This document shows, in pieces, positions 19,780 through 29,369 of a stretch of DNA of 64,000 nucleotides. How positions within the stretch are numbered: the first letter of the stretch is position 1; every line of letters starts with the position of its first letter. The notes beneath the pieces are model-generated. The model was not told the origin of the DNA. It saw only the letters and a program-made list of their open reading frames with translations, and searched no databases. The position numbers and the translations under genes are program-made. This stretch comes from Bacillales bacterium UBA784 (GTDB lineage: Bacteria; Bacillota_I; Bacilli_A; RFN20; CAG-288). Where the stretch lies: NCBI GenBank assembly GCA_002297045.1, contig DBJE01000010.1, forward strand, positions 13,178-77,177, read 5' to 3'.

Positions 19780-20625
19780 ATGCAAAAATATTACAAAAAG
19801 TATGCGGCTGTCTTCCTTCTGCCTCTCCTTGCCTGTTTCACGATTGCCTTCCTGATTCCCTTTTTCATGGGAATTTTCTTCTCCTTTACAAGATACAAGG
19901 CTGTGGATAACTGGCAGTGGACCGGTATCGTCAACTATCAGAGAGCGTTTTCCACGAAGTATGGCGTGCCGACTTTCTGGACGGCACTAGGGCGGACGAC
20001 TCTCTTTGCGGCAATCAGCATCATCACCATTAATTTCAACGCTTTTATTCTTGCCCTTTTGCTGACCAAAGGACTCAAAGGCTCGAACACGTACCGTTCC
20101 ATCTTCTTTAGGCCGAACCTTATCGGCGGCATCATTCTCGGCTATATCTGGAAAGTAAGGCTGAATGGTGTTCTTTATTGGTTTGATAAGAACCTAGGCT
20201 CCAATCCATGGTTTCCCTTCTTTGGACTAGTCATTCTTAGGAACTGGCAACAGGTCGGCTATAGGATGATTATCTATATTGCCGCCTTAATGAATGTCCC
20301 TACCGATTTGAACGAATCTGCCTCCATCGACGGAGCAAGCAAGTTCCAGACAACTAGGCGGGTGACTATTCCTAGGATTATTCCTTCCTTTACAATCTGC
20401 TCTTTCTTAACCCTCTCCAATTCCTATAAGCTCTATGATCAGAACCTTGCCTTATCTGGATTAAACGATAAGACAAACCTTTTAGCGGCGGATATCATCA
20501 ATACCGTTATCTCCAAAGGAAACCTTGGGCCTCAGCAGGCAAAGGCTGTCGTCTTCTTCCTGATTGTTGCCGCTATTTCCGGTATTCAGGTCAGGGCGAC
20601 AAGAAGAAAGGAGGTTGAAGCTTAA
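19780..20625 (+). CDS. sugar ABC transporter permease (MalF/UgpA type)
   Basis: Six hydrophobic segments. EAA-loop-like ESASIDGASKFQTTRRVTIP. Confidence 0.85.
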   Translation: MQKYYKKYAAVFLLPLLACFTIAFLIPFFMGIFFSFTRYKAVDNWQWTGIVNYQRAFSTKYGVPTFWTALGRTTLFAAISIITINFNAFILALLLTKGLKGSNTYRSIFFRPNLIGGIILGYIWKVRLNGVLYWFDKNLGSNPWFPFFGLVILRNWQQVGYRMIIYIAALMNVPTDLNESASIDGASKFQTTRRVTIPRIIPSFTICSFLTLSNSYKLYDQNLALSGLNDKTNLLAADIINTVISKGNLGPQQAKAVVFFLIVAAISGIQVRATRRKEVEA

Positions 20626-20626
20626 T

Positions 20627-21757
20627 ATGAATGAACCCGGCAAAAAGAAAACAAAGCAGCCTCTTACTTTTTCCTTCCACTATCAGGATGCGGTAAAGGT
20701 CAACAGATCTATCGGTTATGACGCAGAGGATTCCCTTGCTGTTCTCTATGATGACTGCATTGCCAGGAAGAAAGGCAATAAGGCCGTTTTAGAGAAATAT
20801 GGCTTTAAAGGAAATCCTAAGGATGTCGGAAAATATCTCCTTTTTGAACTGAAACAGGAAGAAAGGAAGAATCCGAAGTTCCTTCCTGAATCCGTATTAA
20901 AGAACAAGAATAAGCATCGTCAGGAGGTAATCTCTAACACTCTTATCTATATCTTCCTGACCATTGTCGCCGCCATTGTCTTTATTCCTATCCTTAGGGT
21001 GGCCATCAACTCATTTAAGGCAAACGGCGAAATCGCAACGAATCCTTTGAAGCTACCTACCGCCGAAACATTTGTCGGAATCGATAACTTTAAGAGTGGA
21101 TTCGAGAAAAGTAAGTTCAGGTCGTCCTTTGGCTACTCTCTTTTCATCACGGTCTTCTCAACTCTCTTCATTCTTCTCTTCTGCTCGATGACTGCCTGGT
21201 TCATCACCCGGGTGAAGACATGGTGGACGAAGCTGATTTACTATGTCATTCTCTTCTCCCAGGTCGTTCCTTTCCAGCTTGTCATGCTTCCGATGAACCA
21301 GATTGCCAGCACATGGAAGCTGAATAATCTTTTTGGCATCATCATCATCTATGTCGGCTTTGGCGCGGGTCTATCCGTCTTTAGGTATTCCGGCTTTGTC
21401 AAGAGCGTGCCTGTGGAAGTAGAGGAGGCGGCCAGGATTGATGGCTGCAATCCGATTCAGACCTTCTTTACGATTGTCTTCCCGATTCTTAAGCCGACCA
21501 CCATCACCATTGCCATCTTAAATGTCAGGTGGATCTGGAACGACTATCTTCTTCCGAACATGGTTCTTGGCACCACGATAGGAAAGACGACTATTCCTGT
21601 CGCCATCCAGATGGTTGCCAATGGCTCCTATGGTGCAACCGACTACGGCAGGATGAGGGCCAGGATTGTTCTGACTAGGATCCCTATCATCGTCTTCTAC
21701 CTCTTCGGACAGAAGTACATAATCAAAGGCGTCACCGCCGGTGCGGTGAAAGGCTAA
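20627..21757 (+). CDS. sugar ABC transporter permease (MalG/UgpE type) with ~110-aa N-terminal cytoplasmic extension
   Basis: AAAGGAGG at 20608-20615 then ATG 20627. EAA loop is EEAARIDGCNPIQTFFTIVFP. The permease core starts near residue 115. Confidence 0.85.
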   Translation: MNEPGKKKTKQPLTFSFHYQDAVKVNRSIGYDAEDSLAVLYDDCIARKKGNKAVLEKYGFKGNPKDVGKYLLFELKQEERKNPKFLPESVLKNKNKHRQEVISNTLIYIFLTIVAAIVFIPILRVAINSFKANGEIATNPLKLPTAETFVGIDNFKSGFEKSKFRSSFGYSLFITVFSTLFILLFCSMTAWFITRVKTWWTKLIYYVILFSQVVPFQLVMLPMNQIASTWKLNNLFGIIIIYVGFGAGLSVFRYSGFVKSVPVEVEEAARIDGCNPIQTFFTIVFPILKPTTITIAILNVRWIWNDYLLPNMVLGTTIGKTTIPVAIQMVANGSYGATDYGRMRARIVLTRIPIIVFYLFGQKYIIKGVTAGAVKG

Positions 21758-21777
21758 ATCGAAAGGAGAAGTCTTTT

Positions 21778-23049
21778 ATGGCCAGTATTGAATTTGAAAA
21801 CGTTGTCAAAGTCTATCCCGGTGCCAAAAAGCCGGTCATCCCTAATCTGAATCTGAAAATCAAAGATAAGGAATTCATTATCCTTGTCGGTCCTTCCGGA
21901 TGCGGAAAGTCCACAACCTTGCGAAGGATAGCCGGACTTGAGGATATCACCGCCGGAACGCTCCGTATCGACGGAAAGAAAGTCAACGATGTCCCTGCCC
22001 GTGACCGGGATATCGCCATGGTCTTCCAAAGCTATGCCCTTTATCCGAACAGGACTGTCTACAAGAATATCGCCTTCCCGCTTAAGGTGAGAAAGCTAAC
22101 CGAGCGGGAGATTGCCTCCCGCAGGGAACTTGCCACGGCCATTGTCCGTAGGAAGAACAGGGACAAGGAACATGAGGAAAAGTTCCTGAATGCGGTAAGA
22201 ACGACAAAGCGGTACACGAAGGAAGAAATCGACTGGAAGGTCCATACTGTCGCCAAGATTCTTGATTTGGAGCCTTACCTTGACCGTAAACCGGCCAACC
22301 TCTCAGGCGGTCAGCGCCAGCGTGTCGCCCTTGGCCGTGCCATGGTCCGCTCCCCGAAGGTCTTCCTCCTCGATGAGCCTCTCTCTAACCTTGATGCTAA
22401 GCTCCGTACGGAAAGGCGTTCCCAGATTTCCCTTCTCCATAAGCAACTGGATACGACCTTTGTCTATGTCACCCACGACCAGACCGAGGCAAGGACGATT
22501 GCCGACCGGATTGTCGTCCTTGATAAAGGAGTCGTTCAGCAGTTTGATACTCCGCGGAATCTCTTTGAGCGTCCCTGCAACAAGTTCGTCGCCGGCTTTA
22601 TCGGTTCTCCGGAAAGGAACTTCCTTCCTGTGGATGTCTTTATGGAAGGGGATAAGTGCTTCCTTACCTTAAATGGCCATAAGCTGGATGTTACTTCTTC
22701 TCTTAACAAGGAGCATCAGCTCGATAAGCTAAATGGAAAGAAGACGGAACTTGGTATCCGTCCGGAATCCATTGGACTTGTCACTTCTTCAAATATTGAT
22801 TCCCTTGATCCTAACTTCATCTATAAGGTCCATGTCAAGATTGCCGAATACCTAGGTTCGGAACTCTATCTCTACTTTGACTTTGCGGGTAAAGCCGCCA
22901 TCGCCCGTATTCCCTCGAAGTACTTCGTCAAGACCGGGGATGATGTGAAAATCTATATCGATCCCAAAAAGAGCTACGTCTTTGATCCCAACACGACCAA
23001 TACCCTCTCCTTCCCTGAACCGAGTGAAGAGGTCCGTCTAGACGTCTAA
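21778..23049 (+). CDS. sugar ABC transporter ATP-binding protein (MalK/MsmK/UgpC type) with an internal insertion
   Basis: Walker A GPSGCGKST, signature LSGGQRQRVALGRA, Walker B VFLLDEPLSNLD and a C-terminal TOBE-like domain. About 35-45 extra residues sit between the Q-loop region and the signature motif. Confidence 0.9.
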   Translation: MASIEFENVVKVYPGAKKPVIPNLNLKIKDKEFIILVGPSGCGKSTTLRRIAGLEDITAGTLRIDGKKVNDVPARDRDIAMVFQSYALYPNRTVYKNIAFPLKVRKLTEREIASRRELATAIVRRKNRDKEHEEKFLNAVRTTKRYTKEEIDWKVHTVAKILDLEPYLDRKPANLSGGQRQRVALGRAMVRSPKVFLLDEPLSNLDAKLRTERRSQISLLHKQLDTTFVYVTHDQTEARTIADRIVVLDKGVVQQFDTPRNLFERPCNKFVAGFIGSPERNFLPVDVFMEGDKCFLTLNGHKLDVTSSLNKEHQLDKLNGKKTELGIRPESIGLVTSSNIDSLDPNFIYKVHVKIAEYLGSELYLYFDFAGKAAIARIPSKYFVKTGDDVKIYIDPKKSYVFDPNTTNTLSFPEPSEEVRLDV

Positions 23050-23075
23050 CAATTTCCGATAAGGAGGCCTAAGGC

Positions 23076-23870
23076 ATGAAAAACGGGACTGAAAAAGGGA
23101 AAAAGAAAACATTCTTCCATCGCTCCCTTTCCCGGAAGGATTCTCCTTTTTCCAACTATATCAACCTCCTTATCGGTTATGCCGATACAAGGCTTCTTTA
23201 TAATCTTTTCTTCTTAGCCATGTCTCTTTCCATCATTCTCATCGGTCCTTCCTTTGTCGCAAGGAACGAGTGCTTCAATCAGTTCCTCTCGGGAAAGACA
23301 GAGAAAAGATACCGTCTTTTCTTTCGGAAGGTGAAAGAGAATTTCTCTCTTTCCAACGTTCTCTTTGGTCTGTTTCTTGCTTCTGGCGAAGCCGCGCTTG
23401 GCTATTTATTTGTCTTCTGCAGGATCAATTTCAAGGCGGCAGACTATCTGCTTGCCGTCTGGATAGCCGCCGTCTTCCTTCAGAGGTATCTTGCCACCGT
23501 CTTTGCCTATTATGCCCTAAGGAAGGTAAGAAGGAATCTTGATAGTAAGACCATAATCAAAAATTCACTCATTCTTGCTTTAGGAAGCATCAAGAGCGAC
23601 AGGATCGCCGGATTCTCCTTTATCGTCCTTATTCTCGTCCCCGTCTTCTTCTTTGAGTACTGCTTCCCCCTATTCTTCCTGATTGAGTTCTCCTGGGTTA
23701 CTCTGTCTAGGAGGATGGCTATCTATTCCACCGTCGACAAGTATGTCATCTATAATCCTGAGGAAATAGAAAAGGAAGAGAATCCAAAGGAGCCGAAGGC
23801 AAATCTCCGGTTAGACCTCATCAACAAAAAACCTGAGGACATCCTCAAGGAAGAAAAGAAGGAAAAGTAA
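23076..23870 (+). CDS. hypothetical membrane protein (possibly DUF624/YesL-like, as often found in sugar ABC operons)
   Basis: 264 aa with about 5 hydrophobic segments and a K/E-rich tail. The family call is tentative and rests on context only. Confidence 0.5.
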   Translation: MKNGTEKGKKKTFFHRSLSRKDSPFSNYINLLIGYADTRLLYNLFFLAMSLSIILIGPSFVARNECFNQFLSGKTEKRYRLFFRKVKENFSLSNVLFGLFLASGEAALGYLFVFCRINFKAADYLLAVWIAAVFLQRYLATVFAYYALRKVRRNLDSKTIIKNSLILALGSIKSDRIAGFSFIVLILVPVFFFEYCFPLFFLIEFSWVTLSRRMAIYSTVDKYVIYNPEEIEKEENPKEPKANLRLDLINKKPEDILKEEKKEK

Positions 23871-23880
23871 TCGACAGACA

Positions 23881-23909
23881 AGGTTTCTTTAAAAAAGGAA
23901 ACCTTTTTT
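23881..23909 (+). terminator. rho-independent terminator candidate
   Basis: AGGTTTCT ttaaaaaa GGAAACCT followed by TTTTT. Confidence 0.55.
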
Positions 23910-23943
23910 GTTAAAGTTCTTACCAAAAAGGAGGTTAAAATCC

Positions 23944-24564
23944 ATGAAGGTTATAAGGTTAAACGGCTCTATCCATGCACAGGGAAATACAAGGATAGCT
24001 CTAAAGGAGAGGGAAAAGGAACTCTCTTCCTTAGGGATTGAGAGTGAAATCTTTCAGATCGGGACAAAGCCTGTCCGTGACTGCCTCGGCTGCGGGCAGT
24101 GCAAGGAAGAAGGCTGTATCTTTAATGATGACGTCTGCAATGAGTTTATCCAAAAGGCAAAACATTCAGACGGCTTTGTCTTTGCCTCTCCGGTTTATTA
24201 TGCCCATCCTAGCGGACGGATTCTTTCTCTTCTTGACCGTGCGTTCTATTCCTGTGGGAAGGCCTTTGCCTTTAAGCCCTGTGCAAGCATAGCCGTGGCA
24301 AGACGGGGTGGGACTTCCACCACCTTTGATGTTCTGAATAAGTATGCAACGATAGCCAATAGGTTTGTTGTCGGCTCCACCTATTGGAATAACGTATTCG
24401 GCTGCAGGCAGGGAGAGGCAAAAGAAGACAGGGAAGGCCTGCAGACAAGGAGAAACCTTGCCAAGAATAGGGCCTATCTTCTTTTCTGCCTGAAGGCCGG
24501 AGAAAAAGAAGGGGTAGAGAAGCCATCCCTGGAAAGAGAAAACCGTCTGAACTTTATTCATTAG
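23944..24564 (+). CDS. flavodoxin-like fold NAD(P)H-dependent FMN reductase / iron-sulfur flavoprotein family
   Basis: GGAGG then ATG 23944. Motifs MKVI(AGG)LNGS...GNT, CxGCxxC (CLGCGQC) and FASPVYY are typical of this family. Confidence 0.75.
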   Translation: MKVIRLNGSIHAQGNTRIALKEREKELSSLGIESEIFQIGTKPVRDCLGCGQCKEEGCIFNDDVCNEFIQKAKHSDGFVFASPVYYAHPSGRILSLLDRAFYSCGKAFAFKPCASIAVARRGGTSTTFDVLNKYATIANRFVVGSTYWNNVFGCRQGEAKEDREGLQTRRNLAKNRAYLLFCLKAGEKEGVEKPSLERENRLNFIH

Positions 24565-24586
24565 GTAAGGAAGCTTGAATCAAAAG

Positions 24587-24615
24587 AAAATCCGCGCCAT
24601 GAGGCGCGGATTTTT
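24587..24615. terminator. bidirectional rho-independent terminator
   Basis: AAAATCCGCGCC atga GGCGCGGATTTTT, with an 8-bp GC-rich stem. Confidence 0.75.
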
Positions 24616-24620
24616 CCTTC

Positions 24621-24848
24621 CTAGTTTGCGGCGAGGAGAAGGTGGTTGAAGAGCAGACACCAGATGAAGTCGACCCAGCCGCCGATGCAGGGAATGCAGA
24701 CGCCGAAGATGAATCCGAGGATGTGGTTAAGATTCGGCTTCTCGATAAGCGCACTGACACGGACGATGATCTCGACTACCCAGTTGACGCCAGGGATTAA
24801 AAGAAGAAGTAACTGGATAAGACGAGGAAGACTATTGAACCATCTCAT
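24621..24848 (-). CDS. small hypothetical membrane protein
   Basis: 75 aa with two hydrophobic segments. Bounded by the terminator on one side. No family recognised. Confidence 0.5.
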   Translation of the reverse strand: MRWFNSLPRLIQLLLLLIPGVNWVVEIIVRVSALIEKPNLNHILGFIFGVCIPCIGGWVDFIWCLLFNHLLLAAN

Positions 24849-26299
24849 TGTATTGGTCCCCTTTCTCTCTGCATTATACAGGATAGAAAAAGGATGGTCA
24901 AAGGAAAATGAAAGCAGGATTATTTCGCTTAAGCATTTCTATGACATAAAGGAATACGGGAGAAAGAACTGGCACACAAGACCAGCTGTGCTTCTCACAA
25001 AGTGGTTTATCTGATTTCGGTTAATGGACTTTGGAATAAATATGTCGGACAAAGCGGTAACGGGTAATCAAAGATCATTCCTCCATTTATTTGCGAGTAA
25101 GAAATGAGCAGGGATGGCTTTCTAGGTTGGTCTGACTTCTGTTTGATTTGCTTTTGAATTCTGAAAGCTCGTGCTTGTAATGGAAAGGCTGATCGTTGGA
25201 AAGAGTGTCTTTCTGCGCACAGAGGCGGGTGACGGGATTTGGGAGCTGATAGACGGCACGTCCTAAAAGCTAGCTCCTCTTTCAGCGTGTTTAGAAATGT
25301 ATTTTTCCTGCGCCTTCCTCTTTGACAATAGGGCAATCTTGTGACACATTGATTAGTCATGCTGCCTTAGCAGCGTGTCTCAACAACAGGTAGATAATCT
25401 TCCGCTTCAAGGAATAGGTTTAGAGGTAGCAGAATCTCTTCTGTTCTGCCAGGGAACGTCTTGTTGCAGCCTTGTATCTCCATATTGCTGATAGCTACTC
25501 TGGCTTCCTTCCTTTCCAGAAGCCAGTAGATGGCAGGAGCAAAAAAAGTTTCTCGGCCTCGTCAGGATGCCGAAGACAATTTTGGGAAAATATATCGGGA
25601 TAGTCCTTCAGCGAACAGTGAGTTTCCGGTGTGAGGAGCAGGGAAGTTGTTGCCCGATTATCCTGAGGCTGGCCTCGGAACTCTATTGATAACATGAAAA
25701 ATATGTCAAACCCAACGGAAAGCGATACTATTATTCATCCTTTTTCTTTTCCTTGAGTGTTTCGACTTTCTTCTTTCCTGTGGCAAGATGATGTCACTGA
25801 GAAAAAAGGATATTATGGGGAAAGCAAAAAAGATTGTAATAAAACGGAGACTGGTTATTTCCTATCTGTGTTCAATGTAAGCAGGAAAAACAAATGGATA
25901 ATGTGTCAAGATTTTTCAGCACAAAAAAAGAACAGACTGTAATAGTAACATAGTGTAATCCAAATGCTGATTTTGCCAGACTTTTTTTAAAAAATCCTTT
26001 AATGAGGAAAAAATCAGAAAGACTGACAGCAAATAGGATGATGCTTTCCAAGGTAAGTTTTTCTTCCGGGGATTTTTCTATCTTTTGAACAGAAATGGAA
26101 CAAGAAAGAACAAAAAAGATAAAAGATGTATTTAATAAAAGAAGTTGGCAACTTAATCTAAAGACTTATATCCTAATTTATATTAGATATAGAAAACAAT
26201 CTTATAATATAGAAAAATAAAGATCAATTTTTTCCGTTTTCATTTTGGATAGAAAAAAATCTACTATGGTTGTAAAAAACAATAATCTTTTCTTTTTAA

Positions 26300-26314
26300 A
26301 TGTAAGCGCTTGAC
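26300..26314. promoter_or_regulatory. cre-like half-conserved box upstream of the GH2 gene
   Basis: ATGTAAGCGCTTGAC has a perfect left half-site (TGTAAGCG) and a degenerate right half. Confidence 0.3.
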
Positions 26315-26381
26315 CGGACTTCTTCGGAAAGATATTATTTTTCATGGCTGGCCCAAAGTCGCGAACATAAAGGAACTGAAA

Positions 26382-29357
26382 ATGCGTAAGAAAAATATAT
26401 GGTTTTTACTAACCCTTTCTCTCTCTTTATCTTTAGGATTGTCGGACTTATTGAAGCGAAAAACATCGAATTGCGAACCAAATATCAGTGATAAAGAAGA
26501 TGGAGGAGCTCTGCTTGCCCAGAAGAGCAGTGTGGTCCAGTCTGGAGAACGGGAAATTGATTTCAACTACAATTGGTCATTCCAAAAGGGGAATCTACTC
26601 TCTGACAGACCTTATGAGAACTATTATGACGACTCGGCCTGGGAAAGCGTTAATCTTCCCTATGACTGGTCTATCTATGAAGACTATGATCCACAGGTTT
26701 CTTCGGAAATCGGTCATCTTGCTGGCGGATACGGATGGTACCGCAAAGAATTCACCGTTCCTGATGCCCTGAAAGGAAAGAAAATCACCATACACTTTGA
26801 TGGTGTATATAGGGATTCCACTGTTTATGTAAATGGTAAAAAAGTCGGGAACTATCCAAATGGTTATGTGCCCTTCTCCTATGACATTACCGACTATCTG
26901 AAATTCGGCGATAACGAAGTCAATGTCATTGCCGTAGAGGTCATCAATCTTTCCGACTATAACGGAAGCACAGCTCGCTGGTATTCTGGTTCCGGCATCT
27001 ACCGTGATGTCACTCTTCTTGTTCAGGATGCCCTCCACATCGATGAATTCGGCACTACCATCAATCTTCCCGACCTCAAGAAGAGCTATACGGAAAATCC
27101 AAAGGACTTCTCTGCAACGACTTCCGTCCTTATCCCTATCTCTAATGCCAGTAGCGAAGAAAAGACCTTCACTGTCCGGACCACGCTTCTCGACTATAAG
27201 ACCAAGGAGAAGGTCGGCGACTATTCTCTTTCTTCCCAAGAATACTCTCTTAAGCCTGGTGAAAAGAAGAAAATCGTCAATGATCTTGCGGTCAAAAATC
27301 CTAAGAGGTGGTCCACGGAGCATCCCAATCTCTACTACATCCAGAGCGAGCTTTTAGAAGGCGATAAAGTCATCGAGACCCGCCTAGACCGCTTTGGCTA
27401 TCGGTTCTTTGACTGGTTTAGCTATAAGGATGCCACGGAACGTGGAGCGAAAGGAGAGGGCTTCTTCCTTAACGGTGAGTTTGTCAACCTTAAAGGTGTC
27501 TGCAGGCATCACGACCAGGGCGCTCTTGGCGCCGTGGCGAATCCTACGGCCATCTACCGCCAAAGGCAGACAAGGAAGGATAGGGGGGTCAATTCCATCC
27601 GTATTACTCACAACGTTGCCGATTCCTCTCTTCTGCAGGCATGCGATGAAAGGGGATTTCTTGCCATCGAAGAGTTCTTCGATTCCTGGTATTCGGCCAA
27701 GGCGGCCAACGATTTCTGGCGGTTCTTCGAAAAACAGGCAACACATCCTGATGCAAAGGAGGGACAGACCTGGGCAGAATTCGATGTCCGTTCTGTCATC
27801 AAGAGGCATCGCAATTACCCATCTATTGTCAGGTGGTCCGTCGGAAACGAAATCTGGGACACCCATAATTTCAATGTCGGTTCTGCCGAACAGGCAAAGG
27901 GACTCAAGACCAGGAAAAACTTAGTTTCCTACTGCCATGAGTCGGATGTCGATGCCGAAGATGATAGCCGGTCTTCCGGACAGAGAAGATTTGTCACCAT
28001 CGGACAGAATCAGTGGAAGGAAAGTGCAAGGCCGCTTCTTGCCGAACTCGATGCGGTCGGATACAACTATTGGTACAACCTCAACTTCGGAAGCAAGTAC
28101 GATGTTTCGGACTGGCGGTTCTATGGCTCGGAGACTTCTTCCGCAGTCAAATCGCGCGGATACTATCGCAAAGGCGGAGCCGAAAACTCCCAGCAGCTTA
28201 GGATGGAGGGAGTCGGAGACCAGTGCTCGAGCTTTGATAATTCCTCTGTCCCCTGGGGCGGAACGGCTTCCTATTATCTTAAGAGAATCCAGGAAAATAA
28301 GAGCGTCATCAACCAAGAAAGCACAAATTTCGGCGCAACACAGCTTTTCATGGCCGGCGAATATGTCTGGACCGGTTTTGATTATCGGGGAGAGCCTACT
28401 CCGTGGAACCAGCTCCAGGGACGTAATCCGCACTCTTCCTTCTTTGGCATCGTCGATACTGCCGGTTTTGCAAAAGATGATTACTACCTCTATCAGTCTC
28501 AGTGGATTGACGGAGAGAGTGATCCAAGGGTCCATATCGTCGGACACTATAACTGGGAAGACCCGGTTCTTCGTGCTCAAAGGCAGAATGAGGACGGATC
28601 GATTCCGATTAAGGTCTATTCCAATGCCGATGCCGTAGAGCTTTTCCTGCAAAAGCCCGGCGAAGAGGCGACCTCCTTAGGGCGGAAAGAGTTTGTCGAA
28701 TACACCAAGACCAACCACAGCCTGATAAGCACGTATCAGCGGAGCAAGGATAGTCCGAACAAACTCTATCTGGAATGGAATAACCTACCTCAATATGCCT
28801 ATCAGGCAGGGACGAAGATAATTGCCAAAGCCTATAAGAAGGAAGCAAACGGAAGCTTCACCGAAATCCAGAGGGATGTCGATAAGAGGGAGCGGAATCA
28901 TCGGCAGAACGAAATCGTCACTTCTTCTACGCCTTATAAGGTCGTCCTCACTCCGGAAAAGAAGGAGAGGACTGCCGACGGGTACGATCTCATCTACATT
29001 GATGCCGAAATCCAGGATAAGGATGGTAATTTCTGCCCTAATGCGGACAACCTGATCAACTTTGCCTATATCGGAGATGCCAAGGTCGCCCAAATCGAAG
29101 GAGTTGACAATGGCAATGCCGATTCCTGGGAACGGGCAAAGGATTATAACGGTTCCTGGCGCCGTCAGGCTTTTAACGGACGTGCACTTCTTATCGTCAA
29201 AGCCAAAAAGGATGCCGGAAGGTTCTCTATTCAGGCCACATCGACAGGCCTTATGGCTGATGTGACAACCCTCTTTGCCAAGGCCGGAGAGTCTCTTCCG
29301 ACCGACAAAGAGCAGGTCGTCTACTACTATGCTCCGCAGAAGGAAAAAAACATATAA
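26382..29357 (+). CDS. secreted/anchored GH2 glycoside hydrolase (beta-galactosidase-like, DUF4982-containing subgroup)
   Basis: ATG 26382 with an N-terminal hydrophobic segment. Sugar-binding domain GYGWYRKEF...HFDGVYRDSTVYVNG, barrel CRHHDQGALG, acid/base (AGG)WSVGNE, nucleophile region AGEYVWTGFDYRGEP. Confidence 0.85.
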   Translation: MRKKNIWFLLTLSLSLSLGLSDLLKRKTSNCEPNISDKEDGGALLAQKSSVVQSGEREIDFNYNWSFQKGNLLSDRPYENYYDDSAWESVNLPYDWSIYEDYDPQVSSEIGHLAGGYGWYRKEFTVPDALKGKKITIHFDGVYRDSTVYVNGKKVGNYPNGYVPFSYDITDYLKFGDNEVNVIAVEVINLSDYNGSTARWYSGSGIYRDVTLLVQDALHIDEFGTTINLPDLKKSYTENPKDFSATTSVLIPISNASSEEKTFTVRTTLLDYKTKEKVGDYSLSSQEYSLKPGEKKKIVNDLAVKNPKRWSTEHPNLYYIQSELLEGDKVIETRLDRFGYRFFDWFSYKDATERGAKGEGFFLNGEFVNLKGVCRHHDQGALGAVANPTAIYRQRQTRKDRGVNSIRITHNVADSSLLQACDERGFLAIEEFFDSWYSAKAANDFWRFFEKQATHPDAKEGQTWAEFDVRSVIKRHRNYPSIVRWSVGNEIWDTHNFNVGSAEQAKGLKTRKNLVSYCHESDVDAEDDSRSSGQRRFVTIGQNQWKESARPLLAELDAVGYNYWYNLNFGSKYDVSDWRFYGSETSSAVKSRGYYRKGGAENSQQLRMEGVGDQCSSFDNSSVPWGGTASYYLKRIQENKSVINQESTNFGATQLFMAGEYVWTGFDYRGEPTPWNQLQGRNPHSSFFGIVDTAGFAKDDYYLYQSQWIDGESDPRVHIVGHYNWEDPVLRAQRQNEDGSIPIKVYSNADAVELFLQKPGEEATSLGRKEFVEYTKTNHSLISTYQRSKDSPNKLYLEWNNLPQYAYQAGTKIIAKAYKKEANGSFTEIQRDVDKRERNHRQNEIVTSSTPYKVVLTPEKKERTADGYDLIYIDAEIQDKDGNFCPNADNLINFAYIGDAKVAQIEGVDNGNADSWERAKDYNGSWRRQAFNGRALLIVKAKKDAGRFSIQATSTGLMADVTTLFAKAGESLPTDKEQVVYYYAPQKEKNI

Positions 29358-29369
29358 GGAAAACAAAGA

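Noticed and set aside
25007-25695. ORFs 25007..25360 (-) and 25495..25695 (-) as remnants of a transposase or IS element.
   Set aside because: I found no DDE/HTH or other transposase motif, no terminal inverted repeats and no target duplication. Reported only as an unexplained gene-less region.
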